Assembly (NCBI GenBank): GCA_002269645.1
Contig: NIVC01002349.1
Location: 3,974-67,973 of the forward strand
DNA: 64,000 nucleotides
Reading direction: 5' to 3'
Origin: Macrostomum lignano
Lineage: Eukaryota
The translations under genes were made by a program, and so were the position numbers. The notes under the pieces were generated by a model. The model ran no database searches and was not told the origin of the DNA. It worked only from the letters and a program-made list of their open reading frames with translations. Of the stretch, positions 19,701-30,903 are shown one piece after another (the first letter of the stretch is position 1; the number at the start of each line of letters is the position of its first letter).

Positions 19701-22252
19701 AGTTCTCCACACTGCCTCCAGAACTTCTGCAAAAAAAAAGTTTTTAATAAATTTGTTGGCTTTTTTCTAAATCAAATTTTAAATTTTGATTTGTCCATAC
19801 TACATTACCTTAATGTCTTTGAAGTCATTTTCAGCATCAATTTGTTGTGCCTTTGGAGCCAACTCTTTCTGGCAGAATTGAAATATAGTTTGGCGCAACT
19901 AAAAAGGAGAATATAAAATTTGTTAAGCAACTAAAAAATTAAAGAAATAATTCTTAACGAATTAATCACAATTAAAACATTTGAATTTTTCCTATGTAAC
20001 ATTATTTTCTTTTCATGGGATCTTTGATGGAAGGGTAAGGATCTTTGATGGGAGGGTAGGGATCTTTGATAGGAGGGTAAGGATCTTTAATAGGAGGGTA
20101 GGGATCTTTGATGGGAGGGTAAGGATCTTTACCTTACCCTTTTACCCTTTACCCTTACCCTTTACCCTTTACCTTTACCTTTACCATATTGATGGCGTAA
20201 GGAAAAACTTAGCTATATGTAACTTCATCAGCTTTGTGCAAATGGAGCAAAGAGAAATCCATTATGTAATATATGACCTGGATGGCCACATACTTTGTTG
20301 CCTCAACTGGTTATGGAAGCAAAGCAATAATGCCCATAGGCCTTAAACAGTTTTATAAGCAAGCAAAAATTATTAGAGCTTAGCAGGTTTGCACTCCATA
20401 GTTCAGATCATGGCAGGCATAGGCTAGAATGAAAATTCATGTTTTTTCAATTTTACACTAACGTAAAATAAATAAAATTTTTACACCAAGACTAAAATTG
20501 TTTATACGTCATTTTTTAAAGAATATATATTTTTAGGAATTCAAAACTTTTATTAAACTTTAAAATGGCTGTTTTTTGCTAAAAACTGATTTTCTTTGTT
20601 TTAATTTTGACTTTCTTGTGATTACATTATTATTTTCTAGTTTAGTTTCTGATTTTTTAAAGAGCTTTCAACGTTGGTTGATATTTAACTACATGTTTAC
20701 ATTAGCCTTGAACTTGGCTATTTTTTGTATACCAACTACGTACACTTCATGTTGAACTTGAAAATTATATACGCCAAGTGTATGCCAAGATTGTCAGCAA
20801 GACCAAAAATACACTGGAAAATTCTTGCATAAAGGAATAGAAAATTCTGGAACCACCTTCTGGACTATGGTTTATACTAAAGAATAAAATTATAATGAAA
20901 ACTTAAATACATAGGCCTATACAGTGTGCATTTAGAATTTAGATGCCAATTATAGTAACAAGTACAATCTCTAAGCATGTATTTCAATCCTATATTTTAC
21001 AGACTATTGATTGAGTAACAATCTTTACCTATAAAAATCAAAACTCTGTCTGTCTGTCTGTGGACAAATTACTTTGTTTATGTAGTAGCGGTACCTAATT
21101 TCTAGGAATTATTGTTTTTGAACTAACGCGAAAATTAATATTCTTTTGTTATAATATGCAAAATATTCTCAAGTTGTAAGAGTTTGTTTTAAATATACGC
21201 GATTGATTGGTATAAATAGGAGAGAGCCGAAGGGATGGAAGAATAACTCGTTTGTTAGCTATAAGCTCAAAACGTGTTCGATAAACATTCTCAGATCTTT
21301 GCTCATTTTAAAAAGGTATTGAAAGTCAGAATTGGGAATTCATGCAGAGAGAGTACTAAGAATAATCGCTGTGACCCTCTAATCTTGGTAACGCCCAGAC
21401 TGGAGAGAGAAAGTACATATACCAGTAAGACCGCTCAGGCCATATACTAAGAACGCTACCAGACTAATACATAAGACGCTACCAGACTAATACATAAGAA
21501 CGCTACCAGAAACGCTACTAAAAATGCTACCCAGAAAATACATGAGATTCTAAGAAACAGTTAGAAATACTAAAAGCAGAATTTAGTATCAGCAGTATAA
21601 ATTCGATAGCAGGGAATTTGAAGGCCTGTCCCTGTCACAACTTGGTAACAGCGGTGAAATCATTTGTAGGGACAGAAGTTACCCCTGGAACATTTACATA
21701 TATAACAAAAAAATCAAGTCACAATTTACAGCTTAGAAAAATCTTGGGATAACAAAGTGTCTTCAAAAAATGGTCACTTTGTCATCTAGATTTCTAACCA
21801 TTTTTGGTATGACAAAGTGTCCAAAAACCATGGTCACTTCATCATCTAGATGATGAACTGGTAGGATGACAGTGTCTAGGAACTATATAGGCCTACCCAA
21901 ATAAAAATTAAATAATTACAAATTCATGCCAAAAGTCTTTTATACATATTACAATATATTTAAACAAACATGCATCAGGCCTAGCCCAAACCTAATTATT
22001 AAAATAGGCCTACAATATACACATACTACATAGTCACTTTGGTTTTGATGCATCAATTTTTACCTGCTTTTGTTCATCTGTAAGTCCATAAAGCTCATCA
22101 TTAATTGGAAAGAACTCAGTAGAGTAAAGGCGGGTAGAGCTTGAATTTAAACTAAAACTGCAGGACTTGCCTAACTTCTGAAGAAATTGTCTTGCACTAG
22201 GCCTAGCAGAAGTGCATACTTGGGAATGAAGTACTGGCCTAATAAATTGCAT
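16748..22252 (-). CDS. IVD: Isovaleryl-CoA dehydrogenase, mitochondrial (6 exons, ~438 aa)
   Basis: Exons 22252-22064, 19898-19809, 19726-19675, 19259-18997, 18154-17660 and 16975-16748, all GT-AG and phase-compatible. Motifs: [87 protein letters not shown]-terminus resembles a mitochondrial targeting peptide. Confidence 0.96.
17010..17235 (+). mobile_element. Partial copy of the CT-core hAT-like MITE
   Basis: GGTCCTTTGAAACTTCGCAATAGCAATCCGGCCCGCTCAAGG followed by CT-rich sequence. Confidence 0.55.
17241..17505. repeat. 34-bp minisatellite in IVD intron 5
   Basis: Unit GGACACTGCGGTAA(A/G)CCGCCTACACCCCCTCTGT. Confidence 0.9.
18219..18896. repeat. 42-bp minisatellite (~16 copies) in IVD intron 4
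   Basis: Unit CTCTTGTTGCTGAGTAGCCACTGCCTAATACTGGCTTCAAGA; gives 14-aa-periodic ORFs on both strands. Confidence 0.96.
19296..19430. repeat. 21-bp minisatellite in IVD intron 3
   Basis: Unit GGGATCTTTGATGGGAGGGTA. Confidence 0.88.
20016..20130. repeat. Same 21-bp minisatellite in IVD intron 1
   Basis: Unit GGGATCTTTGATGGGAGGGTA, followed by (TTTACCC)-like runs. Confidence 0.88.
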
Positions 22253-23989
22253 TACTATTATTTAAAGTATTAAATAATTTTACTCGTATTAGAATTAAAT
22301 AAAGTGTTTCACGAACAAAATGCTGTGATCAAGTGCCGGCAAACTAATATTGTAAGTTTGTACTTGTAGTAATAATGTTAATATTTTTACACTTAGGTAG
22401 AAATACTACGGCGTTCGAAGAATATTTAACATATTTTAAAATATGGAAACCCAGTGACTAATAACAAATACAAACTGTAAATTAGGGAAAAATCATACTA
22501 TTCCTTTCTAAAACTAGACCACACAGTTTTTAAAAAAATTATTCTATGGATGATATACAGGTGGGAAATGTCTAGAAAAAGAATTTTTCAAATAATTGGT
22601 GCCCAATATTCGAATTCTGTTATTCACATCTATATTTTGACCTTGTTTGATATTTGGACAAATCTATCAAACATAAAAATAGATTTGGACATAATTTAAT
22701 CTATAATAAGCTAACGCCTCCTAGCTACTATTGTTTATTGTTGCCCTCTACATGTAGTGCCAGCTTGCAGACTTAAGTTACGGGAAACTACGTCTCTTAA
22801 AAAATGTTTACGAGGCTTATTTTCGCCGAAAAAAACACTACGTAGATAGGAAGCTATTATTTTTCAGCACAATAATGTTATTGCTTACGATAGGAGTCAG
22901 AACCAATGTTAAGGTTGTCTAGCCATCACTAAAAATGTAGAAAAAAGAACCACAGAATTTGGCAATCTTTTCGAATCGTTCGTTTAGTTATTTCCGGAAT
23001 TATTTCGCCCTCTATTCAAGGGTGGTGGGGGTTTGTAGGAGATCTGAGATTACCTAAATATAAGGCTATTTTGCTCTAGTTAGGCATATATCTTCCTATA
23101 TGATAAAAGAGAATATGAAAAATTGATTAGCAATTAGACCTCTTATCATTCTAGATTTTTTCTTTGATAAAATTTATTCCTAATGACAATTTTTCTTTTA
23201 AGGTAGCTCTGTGCCAAATAATTTTTATTGCTTTTTTTCAAAATTAAAAAATTATTCCTAATGTGATTCCTAATTTTTCATATTTTGTTTAATAGGTAAA
23301 ATCAGGTAAAAATAATGTTAACATTTTATTTCTATGAAACAGATTCAAATACAAGTTTTACCAGTATTTTTGAATTTTGGTTGTTTTGTCCCCAGACATT
23401 TCACCCCCAGACCATTTTGCCCAGGCATTTTGGCCAAAATGGTAATTAATTATGTGATTTATAAATATAGCCATACTATGCATCTCTATAGCTCACCTAG
23501 TAGGCCATTACTAACCTAATACTAAACCTATTAGCAACCTAACCTAATGTATCTTACAGTGGCATAGCCAGAGTTAGTGGCTTACTTCTACATATTGCTG
23601 CATATATATATTATAAAGGCACATTTGAGCCATTCATTTTATACTATTATCCACTTACTTATAAAATAGGCTAAATTATCTTAGATACTATTCTTCTATA
23701 CAACTTCACAATTACAACCAGATTCTTGATCAACTTATTTTCAATCTTGATTTTTTATTAAAATTTTTGGTCAATCTTGCTTAAAAAACAAAAATCTAAT
23801 CTCAGTTGGACTCTATAAGATAATGCAGTATCTACATAGGAAAAACTTTTTTCTATTTGTATTTATCTAAGCTGTTAAAACCTAGTGGATTTTGAATACC
23901 AGGAATTCCAATCCCTAGAACTGCAAACATTGATATTGTTGGCTGGGATACTACACAGAATCTCAGGCAGTCTCTCTGACTCTAAAACA

Positions 23990-24489
23990 TGTATTGGCAA
24001 ACTCTGGTCTCTGCCTTTGACTCTCCTCTTTTTCCTCTTTCCTCTCTTCCCCTGTTTCTCCTATCTCTCGTCTGTTCACTCTCATCTTTGCTCTCTCATC
24101 CCCCTCTTTTTATCTGTCATCTTTACTTCTTTATTGTCTTATATTTTCTCTCACCTCTCTCTTCTGTACTCTTTTCTTTCCCCTCTTTTGACTCCTCACT
24201 TTCCTTTCTCCTTTCTTCTCTTCTCTTCTATCTTCTATACTCTCTCCCTCTCTTGTCTCCTATCTTCTCTCTCCACTTTTTTCTTTTCTCCTTTATCTCT
24301 CATCTCTCCTTACATCTCTCATCTCTACAACCCTATCTCTTCTCTCTTCCTTTTACTCTCTCATATCTCCTTCCACCTCTGCTCTCTTCTCCCCTGTCTC
24401 CTCTATCCTCTCATCTGCAGCTCTCTGCTCTCTTCTCTCTCCACTCTCCCCTCTTCTTTCTCCCCTCTTCTCCCCTTCTCTCTTTCCCT

Positions 24490-24547
<58 letters not shown>

Positions 24548-24715
24548 CCTCACCCCTTCATTTATCTTATTTTCTTCTATCTTTTCTCTTATCTTCTCTA
24601 TCACCTCTCTTTTTGAATCATCTATTCCTTCTTCATTCCATTCTCATCTGCCCCTCAGCCATGAGCTAGATTCTTTATTTGGCCTTTGAGGTAAAACTCT
24701 ACCCATCCCTGCTTA
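23990..24715 (+). mobile_element. Diverged CT-core MITE copy with expanded pyrimidine core and (CT)n
   Basis: 5' TTGGCAAACTCTGGTC, long CT-rich core, 3' CAGCCATGAGCTAGATTCTTTATTTGGCCTTTGAGGTAAAA..CATCCCTG matching 46670-46735. Confidence 0.5.
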
Positions 24716-26771
24716 GAAAACCAGTTTGTGGGATGTAGTACTCTCATGGTTGTTCTCATGCTTTGATCATGTTATCTTTCTTATCAATTTGCAGCCTTGA
24801 AAAGAAATTATGTATCTTCAGCTCCATTGCAATCTGCATCAGTCTAACAACCAAGGAAACACACATTTCTTAGAAGGCTATTTAAATTTTAAATTACCTT
24901 TAAGAGAAACTTAGAATTTCTATAGTATGACTAATTTAGTAGGCTTGTATTGCATTGCGTTGCCTTTTTATAAATCTTTCGCTTTTACAAACCATGCTGG
25001 ATTGCCTTGATTTGCCAATTGCTATCCACTGTTAAACTGCTGCAGAGTTTGCCTATATAGAGGGCAGTGATTATAATTTCTCACTAAACTATTATGGCTA
25101 AACCAAAATGTAGCCTCTCTATTGGGGTGCAAAGAAGGCTATAAATAAAGCTATTCCAAAACATTGTATATTTGCTATGTATATTCAGCCCTATTGCCTG
25201 ACCCTTTGTCTGGCTCAAGGTGCACAGTGTCATTTAGGATTAAATTTGAGACTCAAAGTATTACAGGATTTTGTCAGTTGTCAGTTGACAATAATTGTCT
25301 ATGTCAAATTTGAAAAGAATCAGTAGAAGTAAAGTAGTGCTATGGAGGATTTAGTGAAAAATGCACTTCTTTACAGTTTTTTTTGCTTTTTAGGTAGAAA
25401 GACTTGGATTAAGGAAATTTTAAGGTAGCCTAAGATATTCTCTATAGTGAGTTTAGGGTGGGTACAAAATTTGGTATAGTTTGGTTAAGCAGTTTGGGAG
25501 TCCATAGCAATAAAAATTGTATATACACAGATATACAGACAGGCAGTTTTCATTTTTATAGGTAGATATAGCTTATCCACAGTGGCATAGCCAGGAGGGC
25601 TGGAGGCTGTGGCCCTCCCCCCTCTTCAATTGCCTGTGGCGGTGGGGTTGGGTGCAGCAGGTACTTGTACCAAAAACCATGAGGCAATTGAGTGCCTGTG
25701 ATGTGTTCCTTATTACCAGTCCTCAACTGTAATCAAGGAACAATCACTTTTAGCTCTGTGGCTAGGCAACCCAGTAATCAAATGAAGGTATTCAATTACC
25801 TTTAATCCGGATTCTTAGATTTCATTCTTGAGTCGTTCTCAACTGTAGATCTTTCGGTAGATCTTGTAGACTTCTAGACGTCTTCAGGTGTCGATCGGGT
25901 CCGAGTTTCCTTCTTCTCTCCTTTAGAAGTATTTCCGGCTAGAATCTGTCGTTCAGACCAATAGGAAGCTTCCAAATTAACAATGGGGATCCCTGCGCCA
26001 AACTGCGGTTTAATATCAGCCTACTCCTTCTAGTAGTGCCTCTATGCACTCTAGGTATGGCTCCGGAAACCACTGACAGTCTTCTAAGATCTATCAGGGG
26101 CAGTCCTTCTGGAGACTACAACCAGTAGAGTCTAAACAGACTCAGGAGTCTCAACAGACTCACAATAAACTCAAGTCACCCTTAGACTTGAGCGAGACGT
26201 CTCAACCAACAGGCGCAAATAAGTAAGGCTTACCGCAAGAACTCGACCACGTCTTCGAGTTGCTTCAGGAAGTCTGCTGCAGATCTTCCTCTTTGGAGCT
26301 TTCTCTCTCGGAGATTCTTGGCTCCGGGTCCGTTCCGGACCACTTGTATTTATAGGCAAATGGACCCCCATGAGGTCACGTGGGTCCAACTCTTCAGCTG
26401 TCAAAAAGGTCACGGTTTGGTTGCTGTCAAACTTGGCAGGGTAGAAAGTTACTCCATTGGTTCAGTGTAAAAGCGCGTGATTGGTCATTGCATTCGAGTT
26501 ATTTTTAGTTACATTTGATTGGGTCACGTGCGTATGGTTGAATGATGCATCTTTTCTGGGGTTTGCGTTTGACACGTACAGGTTACACGTGATTGGGTGA
26601 TTTCTAAATTTAGCATGCTCAAGGTCTCTCTCTTTCTATTGGTTAGTCAGAATATACTTATAATTCAAAGCATACCTTTATTCATGCTCTTCAACTTACT
26701 ACTGAATAAAATGTGTGAGTAGTACATTAACACTTTTATGTCTTTTTTACGAAAGGTAGAACACTCTACAC

Positions 26772-26889
26772 CTGTAGTGCTAAAAAGGGTGCCTGTGGTG
26801 CCAAAATGAGTGCCTGTAGTGCCAAAATAAGTGCCCAAGGTGCTAAAATGAGTGCCTGCGGTGCTAAAATGTGTACTTGCGGCACCAAA
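26772..26889. repeat. Short degenerate copy of the 21-bp GCGCTAAAATGAGTGCCTGCG minisatellite
   Basis: Same unit as the array at 28190-28663. Confidence 0.8.
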
Positions 26890-27640
26890 ATTATGCAATA
26901 GATATCTTTCTCTTTATGCTTTTAAGTTTCTATACCACATAAGAAAAAAACTTTCTATAAGTACATATTTTATAGTTTATCATGTTTATTACTGCCTAAG
27001 CTGTCTCAATAATTGCTATTATACTTGTCTCTTTGTAAAGCCTAATTGATAGTCAAACAAAAATGGAGAAATTGTTTATCAAAAAGACAAATATATGATT
27101 ATATGGATTTTATATGTTGATTCTAGTCTATCAAAAGGTATATATATGAATTTTGTAATAAATATTTAGGTAGGTATTTAAGAACAAATGTTTGCATATT
27201 AGTTCTTGGTTTTTAAACCAATCAAAATATTCTGAATTAGAGTTAAATTGAATAGACAGAGAGTCAGTGGGGCATAGTGCCCAAACATATATATTTATAA
27301 GACAACTGGGGGTTGAGTGCACATAATGGAGGGGTGAAATGTGACTTAAGAAAGAGGCAAGAATGGAGAGTGGAGCCAATCAGAAGGCAGTGAGGAAGAG
27401 AAATGAGCTTAAACAAACTTAAACTATACAGAGAGAGAAAACATAGATAAGTGAAGATGAACTGAAAAAATGACTAAGAAAGTTGCAACAAATCTTTACA
27501 CAAAAGATTTTCCTAGACTATGTTTAATTATATTTGTTTGTGCATTTCTTGCACTTATGTCTTATCTAAATTCATTAGTATCTTACTCAGCTAGAGCCTT
27601 GGTACTTAATTGGATTATAACTTCATGCATGCTGGTTGAA

Positions 27641-29261
27641 ATGTATTTGTACTTTGAATTCACTGACACTGTGAAAAACCTTCTGTTCAAGGGCTGGAAT
27701 GCATCAACACCATCAGGTGAGAATAACATTTTGTTGCTTGATTTTTCCTAGTTTGTCAGCTTAGTGCGGTAGATTGTGAAGTTTTTTGATATTCCTATTT
27801 ACTACTTAGAATGTCTAGCACTGAAGTACTACTAGCACTGGGGCTAATTGTCGTCTCAAAGAGTGAGTTCTCCAATAGTCAGTTAAAACAAAATTATACA
27901 AAATGTGCAAAATATGTAGATGCGCGATATTCAAAGAAATACACCCTTTCACAATAGCTTACAGGTGACTGCGGACCAGAGGGGAGAGAGGGGAGGGAAG
28001 AGAAAAGAGAGAGTAGAAAGGAGAGCAGGGGTGTCGCCACCCGGCGAAGACAGGGGGGACATGTCCCCCTCCCAGTAAAAGCTATGGGGTGGACATGCCA
28101 ATGCTTTACCCCCCCCCCCACACAAACACAACCTTGTGACCCGTTATGAAAATCAATAATTTTGCTTCAGGGTGACAAAATATAGCGCCTGTGGCACCAA
28201 AATGAGTGCCTGAGACGCTAAAATAACTGCCCGAGGCGCTAAAATAACTGCCCGAGGCGCTAAAATGTGCCTGCAGCACCAAAATGAGTGCCCGAGGCGC
28301 TAAAATGAGTGCTTGCGGCGCTAAAATGAGTGTCTGGGGCGCTAAAATGAGTGCTTGCGGCGCTAAAATGAGTGTCTGAGGCGCTAAAATGAGTGCCTGC
28401 AGCGCTAAAATGAGTGCCTGCGGCGCTAAAATGAGTGCCTGCGGCACCAAAATGAGTGCCTGCTGCGCTAAAATAAGTGCCTGCGGCGCTAAAATGAGTG
28501 CCTGCGGCGCTAAAATAAGTTCCTGCTGCGCTAAAATAAGTGCCTGCGGCGCTAAAATGAGTGCCTGCGGCGCCGAAATGAGTACCCGAGGTGCTAAAAT
28601 GAGTGCCTGCGGCGCCAAAATGAGTGCCCGAGGCGCTAAAATGAGTGCCTGCGGCGCCGAATGAGCGCTGATAATACCGATTCTGAAAATAATGTACATC
28701 TACATGTACAATTTTTGACTTGGCCCCCCCCCACCATAAAATCCATGGCGACGCTCCTGAAGGAGAGGGGGGAAAGTGAGAACAGACGAAATTGGAGAGG
28801 AGAGAAGAGAGGAGACAACAGAGAAGAGAGCTGAGCAGAGACAAGCCTTGAGCGGCCCGGATTGCTATTGTGAAGTTTCGAAGGACCCGAGGTCCGGAAC
28901 GGATCGAGAGGCTTCGCGGGCTTCTACTTATAGTGGCATGCAGCCAATCTATGCAACACTACAGTGTGCTCTAATCCTACTTGATGCACTCCGCAGACTG
29001 GCCTACGCGACAATGTCAAGCGCAGTGTACACAGTCCGGGTACTGATCTCCATGCTGCTAATGTTGGCTGTGATGACCTACAATGCGTGGATTTTCCTGT
29101 CAGTCGTGCTTGGCAGCGCTGTCGGCTACTTTTTGTCCCCGTTGGCGCGTCGGGCATTTCGCCCCTGCATTGCCGCCACCTTCTCCACTGCCGCTGCGGA
29201 TGATGCAGCTGTTGACGTATTCACCACCTCTGCCAGCTCTGCGCATGAGCTCAATGACTGA
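27641..29261 (+). CDS. SLC31A: Ctr/SLC31-family copper transporter (exon structure partly unresolved)
   Basis: First exon 27641-27716 MYLYFEFTDTVKNLLFKGWNASTPS(G) resembles the Ctr N-terminal M.F.F..LLF..W segment. The last exon ending at 29261 has MLAVMTYNAWIFLSVVLGSAVGYF (MxxxM, TYN and GxxxG signature). Splice phases do not join as sequenced. Confidence 0.78.
28026..28759. mobile_element. hAT-type MITE with 14-bp imperfect TIRs, 8-bp TSD and an internal 21-bp minisatellite
   Basis: TIRs CAGGGGTGTCGCCA (28026-28039) and TGGCGACGCTCCTG (28746-28759), 12/14 identity; TSD AAGGAGAG at 28018-28025 and 28760-28767. Confidence 0.75.
28190..28663. repeat. 21-bp minisatellite inside the MITE
   Basis: Unit GCGCTAAAATGAGTGCCTGCG, ~22 copies. 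Confidence 0.94.
28760..28910 (-). mobile_element. CT-core MITE copy (5' part) interrupted by the 28026-28759 element
   Basis: CCTTGAGCGGCCCGGATTGCTATTGTGAAGTTTCGAAGGACC is the reverse complement of the family 5' motif; the purine-rich core resumes at ~27980-28025. Confidence 0.55.
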
Positions 29262-29264
29262 CTA

Positions 29265-30092
29265 ACCGGCTCACTTGCTCACTCACGGACTTACTCACTG
29301 ACTGACCTAGTGACTGACTGACTGACTGACTGACTCACTGACTCACTGACTCACTGACTCACTGACTGACTCACTGACTGACTGACTCACTGACTCACTG
29401 ACTGACTGACTCACTGACTGACTCACTGACTGACTGACTCACTGACTGACTGACTGACTGACTGACCGACCTAGTGACTGACTGACTGACTGACTGACTG
29501 ACTGACTGACTGACTGACTGACCGACCTAGTGACTGACTGACTGACTCACTCACTGACTGACTGACTGACTCACTGACTCACTGACTGACTCACTCACTC
29601 ACTGACTCACTGACTGACTCACTGACTGACTGACTGACTGACTGACTGACTCACTGACTGACTGACTGACTGACTGACTCACTCACTGACTGACTGACTG
29701 ACTGACTCACTGACTGACTGACTGACTCACTGACTCACTGACTGACTCACTCACTCACTGACTCACTCACTGACTCACCGACTGACTCACTCACTCACTG
29801 ACTCACTGACTGACTCACTGACTGACTGACTGACTGACTGACTGACTGACTGACTGACCGACCTAGTGACTGACTGACTGACTGACTGACTGACTGACTG
29901 ACTGACTGACTGACTGACTGACTGACTGACTGACTGACCGACCTAGTGACTGACTGACTGACTCACTGACTCACTCACTGACTGACTGACTGACTCACTG
30001 ACTCACTGACTGACTCACTCACTCACTGACTCACCGACTGACTCACTCACTCACTGACTCACTGACTGACTCACTGACTCACTGACTGACTG
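29265..30092. repeat. (ACTG)n/(ACTC)n compound microsatellite directly after the Ctr stop codon
   Basis: Direct observation. Confidence 0.96.
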
Positions 30093-30655
30093 AGAATCTT
30101 GCAGTCAATCAGAAGAAATAAGTTTTGATCGATAGAATTTACACTGTTAGAAGAATTCAAATTCTCCACACGAAATGCCGCAAGTGGCTCAGCAATTGAA
30201 TTGCTTTGCTTGATTGATCGATTGGCAAAAATTCAATGCGATTGTTTTGCATATTTGTGATGTTAATTAGCTTGCCCTGCTGAATATTAATTGTCATTAT
30301 ATTCTACATGTAAAGACAAAATGCTTCGAGAGAAACAGTCACAATTTTTCCTTCCCTGATAATTCCAATCGCTTCTCTCTTGATGATGGATGATTTTGTA
30401 ATACTAGTGCCTAACAAGCATCAAGAATAGTTTTACTGTACTACTCATAAGTAGCAGCATTATGTGATTTTAACATTTGGATTTTTACACAAAATTCTCA
30501 CTAGATTGTAAACATACACTGTATGTTGTTTAGATTAGATTTTTAAATATAATAGTGCGGTTATAATTAAAAATACATTCGCTGGTTCTGCCGGATATTT
30601 TTTCTACGCAATATAACTTAAAATCTAAACATGGAATAACTTGTTCCCGACTCCT

Positions 30656-30903
30656 AATAGCTATTGCGCGGCGCACCTGAAGGCTGCGTACGGCTGTTCA
30701 GTCCAAGGACTGGGGGGGGGGGTCGCCACACACAGCCTCAATTACCCCAGCTAATGCTGGCACCCATTTTACGACTGGGTGAACTGAAGCAATGCAGAGT
30801 TAAGTGTCTTGCTCAAGGACACAAATTGTTTCGAGTGGGTTGGGAATCGAACCCCCGACCTTGAGTCATGAGTCCGACGCTCTAACCACTAGGCTACGAC
30901 TCC
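30656..30903 (-). mobile_element. tRNA-derived SINE family A, full length, with a Meta/CORE-like central domain
   Basis: A box TAGCCTAGTGG, B box GGTTCGATTCC, central TGTGTCCTTGAGCAAGACACTTAAC..CAGTTCACCCAG..AAAATGGG. Possible 8-bp TSD CGACTCCT at 30648-30655 and 30897-30904. Confidence 0.85.

Noticed and set aside
20140-20205. (TTTACCC)-like run as telomeric repeat
   Set aside because: Short, irregular, not the metazoan TTAGGG/CCCTAA unit, and adjacent to a G-rich minisatellite from which it probably derives.
23880-25300. Short exon-like segments on the minus strand between IVD and Ctr
   Set aside because: I could not assemble a consistent frame or recognise any family; partly overlapped by a MITE remnant.
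30830-30903. tRNA-Met-like gene
   Set aside because: A and B boxes are present, but the anticodon and acceptor stems do not pair and the sequence continues into a SINE body; it is a SINE head.
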